NCBI GenBank assembly: GCA_963664435.2
Contig: CAXXKM010000002.1
Coordinates: forward strand, 992,001 to 1,056,000
Source of the DNA: Longimicrobiales bacterium
GTDB taxonomy: Bacteria > Gemmatimonadota > Gemmatimonadetes > Longimicrobiales > Gaopeijiaceae
Direction of reading: 5' to 3'
Length of the DNA: 64,000 nt
Position 1 is the stretch's first letter; each line of letters starts with the position of its first letter. The notes beneath the pieces were generated by a model that was given only the letters and a program-made list of their open reading frames with translations, was not told where the DNA came from and did no database searches. The position numbers were made by a program, and so were the translations under genes. Of the stretch, positions 41,061-50,233 are shown piece after piece.

Positions 41061-41633
41061 TCAGTAGTGACAGACCGCGCAGTCCCGGGAGACGTCCCGC
41101 TCCACGTGACACTGCACGCACCATCCCATGGAGAGCGGCTGGTTCACGGCCTCGATGACCGCCATCTCCTGTACCGGGCCGTGGCACTCCTGGCACTGGA
41201 CCCGGGGTTCGCCGGACGCGTCCGGCGCCACGTGCCGCATGTGTGGGAAGCGCACGTGGTCCGAGACCTTGTAGATGCGCACCCACGGAATGGCTTCCTC
41301 GCGCAGGGCATAGTCGCGCACCTTGGCCACTTCCTCCGGGTTGTTGCGTCCCTGGACGACCAGGTGGCAGCCCTGGCAGGTGGCCACCGGGGGGATGCCC
41401 GCGTCGACGGACCGCTCGGCGGAGAAGTGGCAATACTGGCAGTCCATGCCGAATTCGCCGGCGTGGATGTCGTGGGGGAATGCGATGGGCTGCGCCAGCG
41501 GATCAGGTTCCACGGCCGCCGTCTCGACGGCGGTGTCCTGGCCCTCCTGGGGGGCGTCGCCCTCCTGCACGAAGGCAAGGGCCCCCAACGTTGCGACGAC
41601 TCCAGCCAGAACGGCAGTCCGCTGTCCCTTCAT
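41061..41633 (-). CDS. actA: alternative complex III pentaheme cytochrome c ActA
   Basis: N-terminal TM and five CxxCH motifs (CQYCH, CQGCH, CQECH, CVQCH, CAVCH). Start could be 41690. Confidence 0.9.
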   Translation of the reverse strand: MKGQRTAVLAGVVATLGALAFVQEGDAPQEGQDTAVETAAVEPDPLAQPIAFPHDIHAGEFGMDCQYCHFSAERSVDAGIPPVATCQGCHLVVQGRNNPEEVAKVRDYALREEAIPWVRIYKVSDHVRFPHMRHVAPDASGEPRVQCQECHGPVQEMAVIEAVNQPLSMGWCVQCHVERDVSRDCAVCHY

Positions 41634-41732
41634 GAAGCGCGCGGTTCCTTGGCGAGTGGAGGTTGCGGGAATGGTTCGCGCCGTTCGCATCCGGCGGCGA
41701 CGGAAACACGCGGCCCATGTAGTTCGGGCCGC

Positions 41733-41761
41733 AAGTTAGGGGCACCGGTGGCCAGCGTCAA
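41733..41761 (-). promoter_or_regulatory. sigma-70 promoter of the act operon
   Basis: Minus strand TTGACG-N17-TAACTT. Confidence 0.55.
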
Positions 41762-41985
41762 CGGAACGGGTCAAGCGGAGCGGTTGGAACCCGGAGACCG
41801 CCGTTCGCGAAAGAAGAGCCATGGAACGGATGCACGAACAACCGCGCGAGGAGGCTGCTGCAGGATGACCGCGTCACGACGGCGGAACACGCGACGAGAC
41901 CGCTGCGGGGGAGCGCCCGCGGTACCCGACCTGCCGGGGTCGGTGCGCTGGATTTCCGGGCCTGCGGATGATAATGTAAGCGACC

Positions 41986-42279
41986 ATGATCGACCCTGCG
42001 GTACCCTCCGACCTGAGGCCCATGCCGGGCCAGCACCTCGCCACCATCACGTACCAGAATCGCATCTGGGACGTCTATCTGGAATTCGAGACCAACCGGT
42101 CCTCGAGCGGGGAACCGTGCCGGGCAAAGCTGGTCTATTCACCGGCCGACGGGGAATCCGGGGACGCGGCGCAGACCGCGGCCATCTTCGTCGAGGAATC
42201 CTACGAGCTGGCGGTGGAAAAGGCGCAGAGCTTCAGGCGGCACCAGCTGGAAGCGCTGCTCCGGTCCATTCTCCCCTGA
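41986..42279 (+). CDS. small hypothetical protein
   Basis: 97-aa ORF with globular composition (HLATI, WDVYLEF, QTAAIFVE, LLRSILP). Start 41986 or 42022. Confidence 0.7.
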   Translation: MIDPAVPSDLRPMPGQHLATITYQNRIWDVYLEFETNRSSSGEPCRAKLVYSPADGESGDAAQTAAIFVEESYELAVEKAQSFRRHQLEALLRSILP

Positions 42280-44591
42280 CCGCCGCGCGCCGGCCCCTTC
42301 CGGCGACCCCGGGACTTCCGGCGTTGCTGGCATGGGCGCTGATCGTGCCCCTGCCCGCTTCGGCTTCCGCGCTTCCCGTCCAGTCCGCGGCGCCTGCGCT
42401 TCAGGAGCCGAATGTGCAGGCAGCCGCGGTGCCACGCGCCGTGGCCCAGGCCACGAGGCTGCTCGAAGCCGGGGACACGACCGCAGCGCTTGGGCTGCTG
42501 CGCAGGGCGCGTGAGGAAGACGACCGGGATCCGCACATCGCCTTCGCCCTCGGCACGCTGCTGGCCCGCACCGCGTCGCTGGAGGAAACCGACTTCAGGC
42601 AGCGTTTGGAGGCGGAAGCGCTGCTGGACGAGGCCTACGAGGGGCTCCACGAGGACGCGGGCGTGCTGCTGGAGATGGCCCTCCTCAAGCGGCGCCAGTT
42701 CATGCGCGTGGACGCGCGCCGGATTCTCGAACGCACGGTAGGGTCCGAGAGCGGCCGCGCCGTCCAACCAGGGGTCCTGGCCCAGTCGCACTTTGTGCTG
42801 GCGCGCATCCTCACGGAGGAAATGGAGGACTTCGAGCACCTCGTCTTCCTGCCCGCCGGGTGGCGGCGGGACGGATCGCCGGGGACGGACGAGTACGCGG
42901 GATCGACGCGCTGCCCCGCCGGGGTCCAGGCCTTCTGCCTCAACTACACGGAACCCCGCACCTTCAACCGCCAACTGGCGGGCGCCGGCCGCGCCAGCGA
43001 CAGGGACGTGGACTACCCGCCGCGCATCGAAGCCCACTATCGAGCTGCTCTCTCGCATGTGCCCGACCACGCGCTGGCCGCCCGCGGACTGCTTGCGCTG
43101 CTCCACCGCCAGGGTCGCTTCGAGGACATGGCGACCGAAGCTCGGCGCCTGGTCGAGGTGAACCCCGAAGATCCCTACGCGCACATCTTCCTCGGGTTGG
43201 CGTCCTACGAGTCGCTGGACTGGATCGCCGCGCGCGACGCCTTCGACACCGGCCTCGCACTCATGCCCCCGGCGGAGCGGGCGCCCTACGACGACGTTTC
43301 CTACCTGCTTGACGAGGAAGACAGGGGCTCGTATGGAGAGCTCGAAGCGGAGGCAGCGCGGGAATACGAGCGCATCCTGTGGGCCAAGTCCGATCCGCTC
43401 TTCCTGATTCCGGAAAACGAGCGGGCGATGGAGCACGTCGCGCGCGTCACATACGCGGAGCTGGCCTTCGGGGATCCCGAGCGGCGCCTGCCGGGCTGGA
43501 GCAGCGACCGGGGTCAGGTCCTCATCCGCTACGGCCTTCCGGAGAACATCTGGATGCTGCGCCAGGACGGCGCCGGCGCGGGGCTCGGAGGCGCGGCCCA
43601 GCGAGCCGGAGCCAGCACCAACGGACGGTGGATCTTCTGGAACTATCGGCTCGAGGTGCCCAGCTTCGTGTTCCGCCGGGAGCTGGGGTACAACCGGGTG
43701 GACTTCGACTTCAATGCAAACACCGGGCAGTACCTGCGCCAAGTCAGCGAAACCGAGGCCACCACCACCTTCGAGAGCCGCGCGGTCAACCGCTGGACGG
43801 AGATACCCGCGCAGATCGCCCGCTTCCGGGGGGCGGCTCCCGGGCAGGTGGAGGTGCTGGCCTTCCTGCGCGCCGACCCGGACTCCTTCAATCTGTTCGA
43901 GGGCGACTCCGTGCGCGTCGGCATGTTCCTGTTCAACCGCAGCTATGAGGATTCCGCCAGCGTGGGGCACGCGGTCAAGGCCGACGACACGGGCAACGTC
44001 CTGTTCACCTTCGAGTTGCCCCGCGGCACCTTCGAGTACTCGCTCGAGGCGCTGGCGGCGGATTCCCGGGTGGCCGCGCGCAACCGGGGGACGATCACCG
44101 CCATCCCGGTACGGCGCGTGGGCCTGTCCACGTCCGACCTGGTCCTGGCCGGGGGTGTGGTGCCTCGTGTGGATCGCCCCGGCGGATGGCGCGACTTCGC
44201 CATCGGCGCGTCGCGCGACCTGGTCTTCGACGCGCACGACGACATCCACGTGTATCTGGAGATCTACGGTCTGACCACCGACTTCATGGGTTCGTCGGAG
44301 TACACCGTTGAGGTGACGCTGCAGGACGCGGAGCGGCGCAGTGTGGGTGCTCGCCTCCTGCGCTCGCTGGGCAACTTGATAGGTGGCGCGGAGGGGGACC
44401 TCGCCGTCCGTTTCGTGCGCAACGTCGAGCCCGTCGACGGGGTGGTGCCCGAGTACTTCTCCGTCTCCGCCGATGAAGCCGCGGAGGGGGCGCACCGGCT
44501 CATCATCTCCATCACCGACCGGACCACCGGCGCCTCCGTCCGCGTCGAGCGCGAGCTAACCATCCGCAGGCCGGAGGACGACCCCCGATAA
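42276..44591 (+). CDS. GWxTD domain / TPR protein
   Basis: Signal peptide, TPR-like helices, WAKSDP, EHVARVTYA and GWSSDRGQVLIRYGLP. Start uncertain (CTG 42276 or TTG 42324). Confidence 0.82.
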   Translation: MTAARRPLPATPGLPALLAWALIVPLPASASALPVQSAAPALQEPNVQAAAVPRAVAQATRLLEAGDTTAALGLLRRAREEDDRDPHIAFALGTLLARTASLEETDFRQRLEAEALLDEAYEGLHEDAGVLLEMALLKRRQFMRVDARRILERTVGSESGRAVQPGVLAQSHFVLARILTEEMEDFEHLVFLPAGWRRDGSPGTDEYAGSTRCPAGVQAFCLNYTEPRTFNRQLAGAGRASDRDVDYPPRIEAHYRAALSHVPDHALAARGLLALLHRQGRFEDMATEARRLVEVNPEDPYAHIFLGLASYESLDWIAARDAFDTGLALMPPAERAPYDDVSYLLDEEDRGSYGELEAEAAREYERILWAKSDPLFLIPENERAMEHVARVTYAELAFGDPERRLPGWSSDRGQVLIRYGLPENIWMLRQDGAGAGLGGAAQRAGASTNGRWIFWNYRLEVPSFVFRRELGYNRVDFDFNANTGQYLRQVSETEATTTFESRAVNRWTEIPAQIARFRGAAPGQVEVLAFLRADPDSFNLFEGDSVRVGMFLFNRSYEDSASVGHAVKADDTGNVLFTFELPRGTFEYSLEALAADSRVAARNRGTITAIPVRRVGLSTSDLVLAGGVVPRVDRPGGWRDFAIGASRDLVFDAHDDIHVYLEIYGLTTDFMGSSEYTVEVTLQDAERRSVGARLLRSLGNLIGGAEGDLAVRFVRNVEPVDGVVPEYFSVSADEAAEGAHRLIISITDRTTGASVRVERELTIRRPEDDPR

Positions 44592-44800
44592 GGCGCCCCG
44601 TCCGGGCTGCCTCCTCCTCCCCCAGGCTTCGGGGGCGGTGCGACGGTAGCCCTGTGCAAAGGTCTTGCGTTCTTTCTAAGTTGGAAGATGGCTTGCGGCA
44701 ACTTCCCGGCCCGGGACGCCGCCTCGTCGGGCCGTGCTCTGTCAGGCCACACTACGGAAACCACTTCCGGTTCTGATTCGATCCAAACACAGGAAAAGCC

Positions 44801-44989
44801 ATGGCCATCTATCGCTCGCTGTACTACGGCGACGTTGTCGTGGGAGTTGGGGGCAGGATTACCATCCCTCAGGAGATGCGCGACTCGCTCGGCATCGTGG
44901 AGGGAGACATGCTGAGGGTGCGGGTGGAGGCTTCGAACGGGTCGCGTCAGCTGGTTGTGTGGCGCTCGGAGGACCAGCCGGAAGGCTGA
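44801..44989 (+). CDS. AbrB/MazE/SpoVT (MraZ-like) DNA-binding protein
   Basis: GRITIPQEMRDSLGIVEGDML swapped-hairpin signature; AGGA RBS. Confidence 0.82.
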   Translation: MAIYRSLYYGDVVVGVGGRITIPQEMRDSLGIVEGDMLRVRVEASNGSRQLVVWRSEDQPEG

Positions 44990-45009
44990 CGGGCGGGCAG
45001 CGGGAACGA

Positions 45010-46449
45010 TTACTCCACTTCCCAGTCGACCCAGCGCACGAGCGCCCGCAACGGGTCGTCGCCGTCGTGGTGCCACCAGGCAGGGGGCCACGGCATGCGG
45101 CGTAGCGAGGTGACCCGGCTGACGCCCACCCCTCCCAGCTGTTCGACCAGAGAAGGCGCCCGCCCGCCCGCGCCGCACAGCGCGGCGGTCTGCAGAAACG
45201 GGCGCAGCCCGGCCAGGAGGCCGGCAACCTGCTCCAGGTCGGGGACGGGCTTCACCCATACGAAGCGGCCCAGGCAGGACGGCGAGAAGGCCGGGTCGCG
45301 GTCGTAGACCACCGTCCATTCGAGGCCCGGCGGGCGGAAGACGCTCGCCCCGTCGCCCGCCGCCTGCTTCAGCTCCCAGGTTCCGCGCAGCTGCTGGAGC
45401 TGCGACGCGACCTCCGGCGGGGCGGGGCCGGCGGGGAGGTCCCGTTCGACCTCGGCCATCGCGGCGGCCAGGCGGGCGGCCCACCCGGCGGGGGTGATCT
45501 CGCCGCCTTCCTCCACCCAGAAGAGGTGAGGGGAGACGCAACCCCGCTGGTCGAAGGTGGCTGCGGCGCGCGCGGCATCCAGGGCGGTTCGCTCCGCCCG
45601 CCCGCCGGCGAGCGCCTCGCGGCCGACCAGGGCGACCCCGACCCGGTGGGCGTACGCCACCAGGGGGGTGGTCGCGGGAAGGTTGGCCCGCACGGCCTCC
45701 ACCGTGTCGCCGCCGCCGTACACCACCACCAGGCCGGCGCGGGCAAGCACCTCCGCCTCGACCGCGGCGGCGCCTCCCGGCCAGTAGAGCACGGCCACGG
45801 CGGCCGAGAGTTCCGGGTCGCAGTCGGCCAGGGCGCGGGCGTAGAGCACCGGAAGCACGGCGTCATGAAGGCCGGGTTTGAGCAGCACGGGGGAGCGGGC
45901 GAGGAGTGCCCGTGCCACGCCCCCTACCGACACGCCCGCCACGCTGCCTGCGCTCAGCTGCACGATCAATCGGCGGCCGAACGCCCGCACCCGTGACCCG
46001 CCGGGCCCCGGCCGGAAGCCGTCCAGCACGCCCGGATCGGCAAACTGGGCGCGCACCAGCCGGGTGAGGCGGTCGGCGGTCCAGTCGCGCGCCATTCCGT
46101 CCAGGACCTCCCGGGCCATGGCGGGGGAGAGCCCGGCGGCGGCGGGCAGCAGGTCGAGCGCCGCCTTGCGGAGCGGGTCGGCAGGGTCCAGAAAGCGCGA
46201 CCCGGCGCGACCCAGCGACGCCACCAGCGCGTCGGTGCGGCGCTCACGCAGGCAGGCGCCCGCTTCGGCGAGCCGGTCGCACACGCGGCGCGCGAACGCG
46301 GGGTCGGGGGTGGGGAAACGGAGGCGCAGGCTGTCACCTACGGATACGGTGGAGGTTTGCGCGCGCCCGACCACCGAAAGCGACGCGTCCAGGGACGGGC
46401 CGTCGCCCGGCAGCCCGGGCGGCAGCCACCAGGCCGGGAAGGTCCTCAT
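45010..46449 (-). CDS. acyl-CoA reductase, LuxC family
   Basis: ALDH-like fold: ALLARSPVLLKP, VVYGG and catalytic-region FDQRGCVSPH; ATGA overlap with the luxE-like gene. Confidence 0.85.
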   Translation of the reverse strand: MRTFPAWWLPPGLPGDGPSLDASLSVVGRAQTSTVSVGDSLRLRFPTPDPAFARRVCDRLAEAGACLRERRTDALVASLGRAGSRFLDPADPLRKAALDLLPAAAGLSPAMAREVLDGMARDWTADRLTRLVRAQFADPGVLDGFRPGPGGSRVRAFGRRLIVQLSAGSVAGVSVGGVARALLARSPVLLKPGLHDAVLPVLYARALADCDPELSAAVAVLYWPGGAAAVEAEVLARAGLVVVYGGGDTVEAVRANLPATTPLVAYAHRVGVALVGREALAGGRAERTALDAARAAATFDQRGCVSPHLFWVEEGGEITPAGWAARLAAAMAEVERDLPAGPAPPEVASQLQQLRGTWELKQAAGDGASVFRPPGLEWTVVYDRDPAFSPSCLGRFVWVKPVPDLEQVAGLLAGLRPFLQTAALCGAGGRAPSLVEQLGGVGVSRVTSLRRMPWPPAWWHHDGDDPLRALVRWVDWEVE

Positions 46450-47552
46450 CGCGCCGGGCCGCGAACGGCGGTCATGAGATCGTCCATTGCCAGCGAACAC
46501 CCGCGCGGTTCCGCTCCGGGATTCCGGCCCAGCACGCGGAAGCCGTTTCCTTCCGCCTCCGGAGGCTCTACGCCCCGGTCCTCGGTGAGCAGGCAGCACA
46601 CCGATCCCGCGTTCGCGAGGTCGAAGTGGCACAGCAGGCCCTCGCGCCCGGGCGGAAGCGCTTCGAGCGTCGCCGGGTCGAGCACGCGCGTGCGCACCCA
46701 CGGCGGCGGACGGTGCAGGCGCGTTCCCTCCGTGAGCACGGGCTCGTAGAACTGTGAGAGCAGTTCCGTCATGCCGTATTCGTTCACGATCCGGCGCGGC
46801 GGAATGCCGAGTCGACCGTGGATGGCCTCGTAGAGTTCCTCACGGGGCACGGCGCGGCTACGTCCCTTGAATCCTCCCGTCTCCATCACCCTCGAGCCGG
46901 CCGGCAGCCGGAAGCTGATCCCGTCCGCGGCCAGGCTGTCAAGCAGGTGTACGAACGCAAAGGCGGTCCCGACCACCAGGACCGGATCACCGGCGTTCTC
47001 CGCGTCGCGAAAAGCGGATCGCAGCCCGCGCTCGTCCATTCTGCCGTCCCCTCCCACGAAATAGCCGGTGTCGGGCGCAAGCTCGTCTTCCACGACGCCG
47101 ATCATGTGGCTGAGCGAAGAATCCGGAACCTCGCGGGGAGGCGGGATGAGCGAGACCATGGGCAGGCGCGCGCCGTCGGGAAGCAGATGCGCCTCGAAGT
47201 TGGGGAGCAGCGAGGCGTGGTAGAGCGACAGGTCGGGGACGCGGTGTTCTCCGCGGACCGTCCCGCCGCCCGTGGTGCCGCTGGTTCGAAAGATCGCCTC
47301 GCAGGGCCCCCGGGAGACGAGGCCGCGCTCCCGGAACGCGCGCGCGGGCACGGGAGGGAGCGCGCGCCACGAAGACCATGAGCCCGGCTGGACTCCGCGC
47401 GCCGCGCAGAAGCGGGCGAATACCGGGTTGGTTTGCCACTGGTGCTCGGAGACCCGGCGCGCGAGATCGTCGAAGCCCGCGTCGGGCAGGGGCGTCGCCA
47501 CCCCCGCTCCCATGACGGCGATCAGGTCATCGCGGAGCCGCTGGTCGTTCAT
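46446..47552 (-). CDS. acyl-protein synthetase, LuxE family
   Basis: FRTSGTT, METGGFKGR, NEYGMTELLSQFY, FDLAN, TED and C-terminal EPRGCS. Confidence 0.87.
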   Translation of the reverse strand: MNDQRLRDDLIAVMGAGVATPLPDAGFDDLARRVSEHQWQTNPVFARFCAARGVQPGSWSSWRALPPVPARAFRERGLVSRGPCEAIFRTSGTTGGGTVRGEHRVPDLSLYHASLLPNFEAHLLPDGARLPMVSLIPPPREVPDSSLSHMIGVVEDELAPDTGYFVGGDGRMDERGLRSAFRDAENAGDPVLVVGTAFAFVHLLDSLAADGISFRLPAGSRVMETGGFKGRSRAVPREELYEAIHGRLGIPPRRIVNEYGMTELLSQFYEPVLTEGTRLHRPPPWVRTRVLDPATLEALPPGREGLLCHFDLANAGSVCCLLTEDRGVEPPEAEGNGFRVLGRNPGAEPRGCSLAMDDLMTAVRGPAR

Positions 47553-47821
47553 CCATCCCGGGCGGAGGCACGTCGAACCCGTCCGGGCTCAAGCCCTCCC
47601 GCCGCCAGGATCTTGTGCTGGAGCCGGCGGGATTCCTCGTTCACGAATTCCACCACCTGATCGATCCGTCCGCGAGCTTCTCCGTAGGCGTGCGCCGGGA
47701 AGTCGTCACCCTCGACTCCGGCGAGCGCCCCTTCCAGCGCGTCAATCTCCCGGCGCGCCTTCTCCAGCGCCCTGCGCAGTCGATTCGCGGCTCTGCGCGC
47801 CTCGGCTTCGGCCTGTGCCAT
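47549..47821 (-). CDS. small helical hypothetical protein
   Basis: GGAG RBS, MAQAEAEARRAANRL; two amphipathic helices; ATGA overlap with the luxE-like gene. Confidence 0.75.
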   Translation of the reverse strand: MAQAEAEARRAANRLRRALEKARREIDALEGALAGVEGDDFPAHAYGEARGRIDQVVEFVNEESRRLQHKILAAGGLEPGRVRRASARDG

Positions 47822-47966
47822 CTTCGACGCTCCCTGAGGATGTGCAAAGTGCTCCAACGGTACGCTCCAGCTGCAGCGGCGTTCCCGCGCCGGGGGTCCA
47901 TCCCCGGGGGTCCGTCCCGAGGGGAGTCGGTTTCGCCTGCGTCCCCGGAATCGGCCGGACGTCCGC

Positions 47967-47988
47967 CTCTGAAGTTATAAGTTCAGAG
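47967..47988. promoter_or_regulatory. 22-bp imperfect palindrome in the divergent promoter region
   Basis: CTCTGAAGTTATAAGTTCAGAG; only one arm pair (G/G) is non-complementary. Confidence 0.55.
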
Positions 47989-48073
47989 CGTAGATGTTTC
48001 CCGGGTCGGCGCCGCATTAACCGACGACGCAAGGAAGATGTCCGATATCAGAGCGCTTTCCGCCGGAGGCGGG

Positions 48074-49075
48074 ATGGCCAGCGAAGGCGAAACCGTCGAC
48101 CTGGCGATAGTGGGTGCGGGCCCCTGTGGCCTGGCGGCGGCAAGCGCGGCCAGGGTCGGAGGGGTTTCGGCGACCGTCTTCGACCGCGGGTTCATCACCG
48201 AATCGATCATCCACTATCCGCCCTACATGACCTTCTTCTCCACGGCGGAGAAGCTGGAGATCGAGGATGTGCCCTTCATTCTGGCGTCCGGCAAGCCGTC
48301 GCGCCGCGATGCGCTCGTCTACTACCGGCGCGTCGTGCGGCATTTCGGGCTGGACGTGCGCCAGCACGAGGAAGTCGTCGCCATCGAGGGCCGCAAGGGT
48401 GACTTCCTGCTGCGCACGCGCCGCCGTGACGGCACCGGCGCATGCCACCGCGCCCGCGCCGTGGTGATCGCCACCGGAAGCTTCCACGAGCCCAACTACC
48501 TGGACGTTCCCGGGGAGGACCTGCCCAAGGTGCACCACTACTACAGGGAGCCCGATCCCTACTACGACCAGGACGTTCTCGTGGTGGGAGGGCGCAACTC
48601 CGCAGTGGAGGCCGCGCTGGAACTCTTCCGGGCCCATGCGCGGGTCACCCTGGTCCACATCTTCGACGGCATCGACGATGGCGTGAAGCCGTGGGTGGTT
48701 CCCGACATCACCAACCGGATCAAGTTCGGGGAGATCGCCACCCACTTCACGACGCGGGTGGCGGAGATCCGGCAACGCAGTGTCGTACTGGAGCATCTGG
48801 AGACGGGCGAGATCACCGAGCTCGCCAACGACTGGGTCTTCGCAATGACCGGCTGGCGGGCTTCACCGCGGCTTCTGGAGAGCGTCGGCGTCGGAATCGA
48901 TGAGGAGACCGGCATTCCCGGCCACGACCGTACCACCATGGAGACGAACACCCCCGGCATCTACATCGCGGGCGTGCTCGCCGCGGGCCACGACGCCAAC
49001 AAGATCTTCATCGAGAACGGGCGCTTCCACGGCGGCCTGATCGTGGAACACTTCAAGGCTTCGCGAGACGGCTGA
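48074..49075 (+). CDS. ypdA: YpdA family putative bacillithiol disulfide reductase
   Basis: IVGAGPCGL, YPPYMTFFSTAEKLEI, KVHHYYREP, GGRNSAVEAALE and IFIENGRFHG. Confidence 0.88.
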   Translation: MASEGETVDLAIVGAGPCGLAAASAARVGGVSATVFDRGFITESIIHYPPYMTFFSTAEKLEIEDVPFILASGKPSRRDALVYYRRVVRHFGLDVRQHEEVVAIEGRKGDFLLRTRRRDGTGACHRARAVVIATGSFHEPNYLDVPGEDLPKVHHYYREPDPYYDQDVLVVGGRNSAVEAALELFRAHARVTLVHIFDGIDDGVKPWVVPDITNRIKFGEIATHFTTRVAEIRQRSVVLEHLETGEITELANDWVFAMTGWRASPRLLESVGVGIDEETGIPGHDRTTMETNTPGIYIAGVLAAGHDANKIFIENGRFHGGLIVEHFKASRDG

Positions 49076-49096
49076 CCGCTGTCGCGGGACCCGCCC

Positions 49097-50233
49097 TCAG
49101 CTCAGATCGCCCGGCTGAAGCTCCCAGCCGCCTTCCCCGACCACCCGCACCGCCACCGGCGCCCCGTCCGGGGCTCCCAGCCGAAGTTCGGCGGGGGGAT
49201 TGACCTCCCGGCGCACGAACCCCAGCGCGATAGTCTGCCCGAAGGCGGGCGACATGGCGGCGCTGGTGATGTGCCCGACCGGTTTGGCGCGCGCTCCCGT
49301 GTACAGGGGTGTCTCGCGCCCAGGGGTGGCGGCATTGCCGAGCAGCAGGCCGCGCAGGTGTCGGTTGACGTGGCCGCGGTCGCGGATGCGGACGATCACT
49401 TCCTGCCCCGTGTAGCAGCCCTTGCCGTGGTCGATGGCGCGCTCGTCGATGCCCGCTTCGGTGGGGATGGTGCGGTCGTCCATGTCCAGGCCGAACTCGG
49501 GCCGGCCCGCCTCGATGCGCAGCGTCTCGAAGACGCCCATGCCGGTCGGCGCCGCGCCCAGGCGAACCAGCTCCCTGGCCAGCCGTCCGAGCGGGGCGCG
49601 GGCGCCCAGGATGTCGAAGGCGGGCAGCCGGACCTCGCCCGAACGCGCGACCAGGAGGCCGTCCGGAACCGGTCCGGTGAGCAGGCAGCCGTCTTCCTCG
49701 AGGGCGGACAGTGCGTCGGGGACGATCCCGAGGGCGGTCTCGAGCAGGCCGGCCCCGGCCGGGCCGACGACAGTGAGCGTGGCGGTCGCGCCGGTGACGT
49801 CGTCGACGAAGGCGAACCGGGGCGGCAGGAACTTGCGCAGATGGGCGACGAGGGGTGCATGGCCGGCGGCCGGCAGGTGCAGCCAGAGGCCGTGGCGGTC
49901 CTCGCGCGGGCCCCGCCAGGCGACGACCAGGTCCGTGACCATGCGTCCCTTGGGGATGAGCACGGCACTGTAGGACGTACGCCCCGCGAGCAGCCCGGAG
50001 GAGGTCGGCTCGGGGGGTGGCGGGACGCTGGCGGTGATCACTCCGCCGAGCATGCGCACCGGCGCCCGGCCCGAGACCGCCAGCCGGCCGCGGTGCGAGC
50101 GATCGAGGACGGCCGCGGAGCCCACCGCGGCGCGGTACTCCAGGTCGGGCCGTCCGAAGTGACGGGCCGCCGGCCGCCCGTGGTGCCGACCCATCACGGC
50201 GCCGGGCGCGACCTCCAGGGTCTGCGTGGTCAG
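49097..50233 (-). CDS. folate-binding YgfZ/GcvT-family protein
   Basis: KGCYTGQE (YgfZ signature) and LRIEAGRP. Start uncertain (CTG 50233 or 50197). Confidence 0.85.
   Translation of the reverse strand: MTTQTLEVAPGAVMGRHHGRPAARHFGRPDLEYRAAVGSAAVLDRSHRGRLAVSGRAPVRMLGGVITASVPPPPEPTSSGLLAGRTSYSAVLIPKGRMVTDLVVAWRGPREDRHGLWLHLPAAGHAPLVAHLRKFLPPRFAFVDDVTGATATLTVVGPAGAGLLETALGIVPDALSALEEDGCLLTGPVPDGLLVARSGEVRLPAFDILGARAPLGRLARELVRLGAAPTGMGVFETLRIEAGRPEFGLDMDDRTIPTEAGIDERAIDHGKGCYTGQEVIVRIRDRGHVNRHLRGLLLGNAATPGRETPLYTGARAKPVGHITSAAMSPAFGQTIALGFVRREVNPPAELRLGAPDGAPVAVRVVGEGGWELQPGDLS

Noticed and set aside
40488..42275. 1367-aa ORF N-terminal extension
   Set aside because: Antisense to actA/actB and off-frame to the 97-aa gene; only the part from about 42276 looks like a protein.
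45010..47552. Bioluminescence operon
   Set aside because: No luxA, luxB, luxD or luxG in the window.
49097..50233. The missing gcvT
   Set aside because: Carries KGCYxGQE of the YgfZ-like branch and is coupled to lon, not to gcvHP.
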